From Leucoraja ocellata (Eukaryota): 64,000 nt of DNA. Under the pieces are notes generated by a model. That model did no database searches. It was not told the origin of the DNA and saw nothing but the letters and a program-made list of their open reading frames with translations. Shown here piece after piece: positions 60,285 through 64,000 of this stretch (its first letter is position 1; each line of letters opens with the position of its first letter). The stretch covers positions 930,001 to 994,000 of the forward strand of contig JAWMAR010000508.1 of NCBI GenBank assembly GCA_036785375.1, read 5' to 3'. Made by a program: the position numbers and the translations under genes.

Positions 60285-62286
60285 CCGTGCTGTAATTGTT
60301 ATATGGTTATTTGTGCGGGTGTCAGGGGTTATGGAGAGAAGGCAGGAGAATGGGGTTAGGAGGGAGAGATAGATCAGCCATGATTGAATGGCGGAGTAGA
60401 CTTGATGGGTCAAATATGCTAATTCTGCTACTATCACATGACTGTAAATATCACCAACAACATACCCTGCATCAACTACATTGAAGCTGTGGTCAATAAG
60501 GCAGAGTAATGTCTCATCTTCCGCAAAAGATGAAGGAAGTTCGGCACTTCTCCACTGACTCACACCAACCTCTCCACACGAATTGTGAAAGAACTGTGTT
60601 ATGTTGCATCACATCCTGGTTTGGGACCAGCTCCGCTCAAGACCACAAGAAATTGCTGAGAGCTTAGTTTAGTTTAGTTTAGTTCAGAGATGCAGCGCTG
60701 ACACAGGCCCCCTCGCCCCATCGAGTCCATGCCGGCCACCGATCACCCATTCACATACTAGTTATACGTTTAGCTCTTGAGATACAATACAGAAACAGGA
60801 CCTTCCGCCCATCGAGTCCGTGCTGACCAATAATCACCCATTCACACACTATTTCTGTCTTTAGTTCTTGGGAAAGGGGGAGATGCAGTGAGACCTGGGT
60901 GTCATGGTGCACCAGTCATTGAAGGTAGGCATGCAGGTGCAGCAGGCAGTGAAGAAAGCGAATGGTATGTTAGCTTTCATTGCAAAAGGATTTGAGTATA
61001 GGAGCAGGGAGGTTCTACTGCAGTTGTACAGGGTCTTGGTGAGACCACACCTGGAGTATTGCGTACAGTTTTGGCCTGTTGGCCTTCATAACAAGAGGAG
61101 TTGAGTACAGGAGCAGGGAGGTTCTACTGCAGTTGTACAGCGTCTTGGTGAGACCACACGTGGAGTATTGCGTACAGTTTTGGTCTCCAAATCTGAGGAA
61201 GGACAGTATTGCCATAGAGGGAGTGCAGAGAAGGTTCACCAGACTGATTCCTGGGATGTCAGGACTGTCTTATGGATAAAGACTGGATAGACTTGGTTTA
61301 TACTCTCTAGAATTTATCTCGAAGGGCCGAATGGCCTACTCCTGCACCTAATTTCTATGTTTCTATGTTGAGGTACAATACAGAAACAGGACATAGAAAC
61401 ATAGACAATAGGTGCAGGAGTAGAAGCCATTCGGCCCTTCGAGCCTGCAGTAATCGCCATTCATTATGATCAGGGCTGATCATCCAACTCAGTATCCTGT
61501 ACCTGCCTTCTCTCCATATCCCCTGATCCCTTTAGCCACACGGGCCACATCTAACTCCCTCTTAAGTACAGCCAATGAACTGACCTCAACTACCTTCTGT
61601 GGCAGAGAATTTCAGAGATTCACCACTCTCTGCATGTAATCTGAGTGTTTGTTCCTTTGCTTGCTGTCAGTTCTGGTAATGCAAAGGCCCATACTACTGG
61701 GAATGCAGCTACTATTTGCAAATTACACTCGCTGTTTGCCTGATAGATGGCTAGAATTTGACTATCAGGTCATAGCAGGCTTAATTAAATATTGTTGTTT
61801 GCCCCAACGCAAAATCACCAACATATTTACTGTTTTTGATAGTAAATTCTAGGTAATCAATTACCCTTGCAGGTGTCAATTTTGATTTAACTGGATGGAT
61901 GAGGTAACCAAGTCTTTCAAACAGGGTTTTGGTTTGCTTCTGCCAATTCTTGGTGACTCCAAAATGAAAATGTCCTCCAAATATGCTATTGCTATGTGGT
62001 TCTGAGACCTTTTATACCCAGAATTGGTTTCCGTAGTTTCGTCAATAGTCTAGGAGCTGATGTCAACCCATGGGGCAGAGCCATGCCATCCAGTTAAACT
62101 TTACATATCTCCTGTTCTTAGTGAATAGACACCGAATGGTCTGCATCTTTGAGGTCGATGCATGCCATGTGACCATTTTATAGGAAGCTCCTATAGAACA
62201 GTAGTTAGACCGTAACAAAAAATTGCTGTTCTGAAAGTCTGTACTGCACAAATGAGTTAAACCTGGATGAAGGTATTCCCTGCCAT

Positions 62287-62980
62287 TTACATGGTAAATG
62301 GTAGGGAATTACATGGTAAATGGTAGGGAATTAAAGAATACAGTTGAACAGAGGGATCTGGGTATAACCGTGCATAGTTCCTTGAAGGTGGAATCTCATA
62401 TAGGTATAGGTGGTAAAGAAAGCTTTTGGTATGCTAGCCTTTATAAATCGCCCAATTATAGGAAGGATGTCAACAAAATAGCGAGAGTACAGAGGAGATT
62501 TACTAGAATGTTGCCTGGGTTTCAACAACTAAGTTACAGAGATAGGTTGAATAAGTTAGGTCTTTATTCTCTGGAGCGCAGAAGGTTAAGGGGGAACCTG
62601 ATAGAGGTCTTTAAAATGATGAGAGGGATAGACAGAGTTGATGTGGACAAGCTTTTCCCTTTGAGAATAGGGAAGATTTAAACAAGAGGACATGACTTCA
62701 GAATTAAGGGACAGAAGTTTAGGGGTAATATGAGGGGGAACTTCTTTACTCAGAGAGTGGTAGCGGTGTGGAATGAGCTTCCAGTGGAAGTGGTGGAGGC
62801 AGGTTCATTGGTATCATTTAAAAATAAATGGATAGGCATATGGATGAGAAGGGAATGGAGGGTTATGGTATGAGTGCAGGCTGGTGGGACTAAGGGGAAA
62901 ATAAATTTGTTCGGCACGGACTTGTAGGGCCAAGATGGCCTGTTTCCGTGCTGTAATTGTTATAAGGTTATATGGTTATA
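62287..62980 (+). mobile_element. CR1 family B fragment (paralog of 39003-39806)
   Basis: ORF 62298-62681 with internal deletion. Confidence 0.9.
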
Positions 62981-63180
62981 AGTGACATCATCCATCTGTC
63001 ACCTGTCCTGGAAGGCAATCCTGCCCAAAATACTGGGCCTGCCTTGAAGACAATTCCAGTCCGAGTTCCAAGTCTGCTTGGAACCTCTGTATGTTGTGCA
63101 GTAAAAAATAATCACATGTTGTTATCTGTTTTTTAAAACCAGATCTGAAATTCATGTTATTGTCATTTTGAACAAAAACA

Positions 63181-63803
63181 CATTGAGTATAGAAGCTGGG
63201 ATGTAATGTTAAAATTGTACAAAGCATTGGTGAGACCAAATCTGGAGTATGGTGTACAATTTTGGTCGCCAAATTATAGGAAGGATGTCAACAAAATAGT
63301 GAGAGTACAGAGGAGATTTACTAGAATGTTGCCTGGGTTTCAACAACTAAGTTACAGAGATAGGTTGAATAAGTTAGGTCTTTATTCTCTGGAGCGCAGA
63401 AGGTTAAGGGGGGACCTGATAGAGGTCTTTAAAATGATGAGAGGGATAGACAGAGTTGATGTGGACAAGCTTTTCCCTTTGAGAATAGGGAAGATTCAAA
63501 CAAGAGGACATGACTTCAGAATTAAGGGACAGAAGTTTAGGGGTAATATGAGGGGGAACTTCTTTACGCAGAGAGTGGTGGCGGTGTGGAATGAGCTCCC
63601 AGTGGAAGTGGTGGAGGCAGGTTCATTGGTATCAGTTAAAAATAAATTGGATAGGCATATGGATGAGAAGGGAATGGAGGGTTATGGTACGAGTGCAGGC
63701 AGGTGGGACTAAGGGGAAAAAAATTGTTCGGCATGGACTTGTAGGGCCGAGATGGCCTGTTTCCGTGCTGTAATTGTTATATGGTTATATGGTTATATGG
63801 TTA
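63181..63803 (+). mobile_element. CR1 family B insertion private to copy 2
   Basis: ORF 63206-63712; empty site at ~40005-40015. Confidence 0.9.
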
Positions 63804-64000
63804 AAAATTACCAACATGTAACTGGTCCACAATCCCTTGTTTCAGTAAACCCAGACCCACCTACCTCCATGGCTACCGGTGGTCTTGTGGTAAGCCCAAA
63901 GGCCCCTAATGCGAGTTCCTTTTCACTCCTTGATTGGGGAGTAGGACTGGTAGGTAGTGTGGATTCCATGTTTCTCCTGACCTCTGCTTGGGTCTTGGTC

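Larger units (their letters stand above)
55110..64000 (+). repeat. Segmental duplication, copy 2 (runs off window)
   Basis: Colinear version of 30050-40210 without the inversion. Confidence 0.9.

Overview
This is repeat-saturated vertebrate genomic DNA. The repeat families (two CR1 LINE families with octamer tails, HE1/V-SINEs, Rex-Babar, L2, fish-type L1) point to a cartilaginous fish, probably a skate or ray; that assignment is inference. Most of the window is fragmented, nested retroelements: CR1, L1/Tx1, L2, Rex-Babar, two DIRS tyrosine-recombinase relics, a deleted Gypsy LTR element, a solo LTR, Penelope-like short repeats with hammerhead-like cores, and hAT/Harbinger/Tc1 remnants. There are two assembly gaps. 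Recognisable host genes are one tRNA-Thr(AGT) gene (8200-8273) and one clean phase-1/1 exon (50246-50611, minus strand) encoding a Siglec/MAG/CD22-type V-set Ig domain in which the essential sialic-acid-binding Arg is Gly. A C-rich minisatellite with about 17 CACAGTG heptamers lies just upstream of that exon. About 30050-40300 is segmentally duplicated at about 55110-64000+, and the first copy carries a ~4 kb internal inversion with a duplicated breakpoint. I see no intact autonomous element and no clear multi-gene novel system. The best leads are the Arg-less Siglec-like exon, the duplication/inversion, a GC-rich non-autonomous element family with a covarying hairpin, the hammerhead-like motifs and a Gypsy -1 frameshift signal. 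Repeat boundaries were read by eye and are approximate unless a TSD or splice site is quoted.
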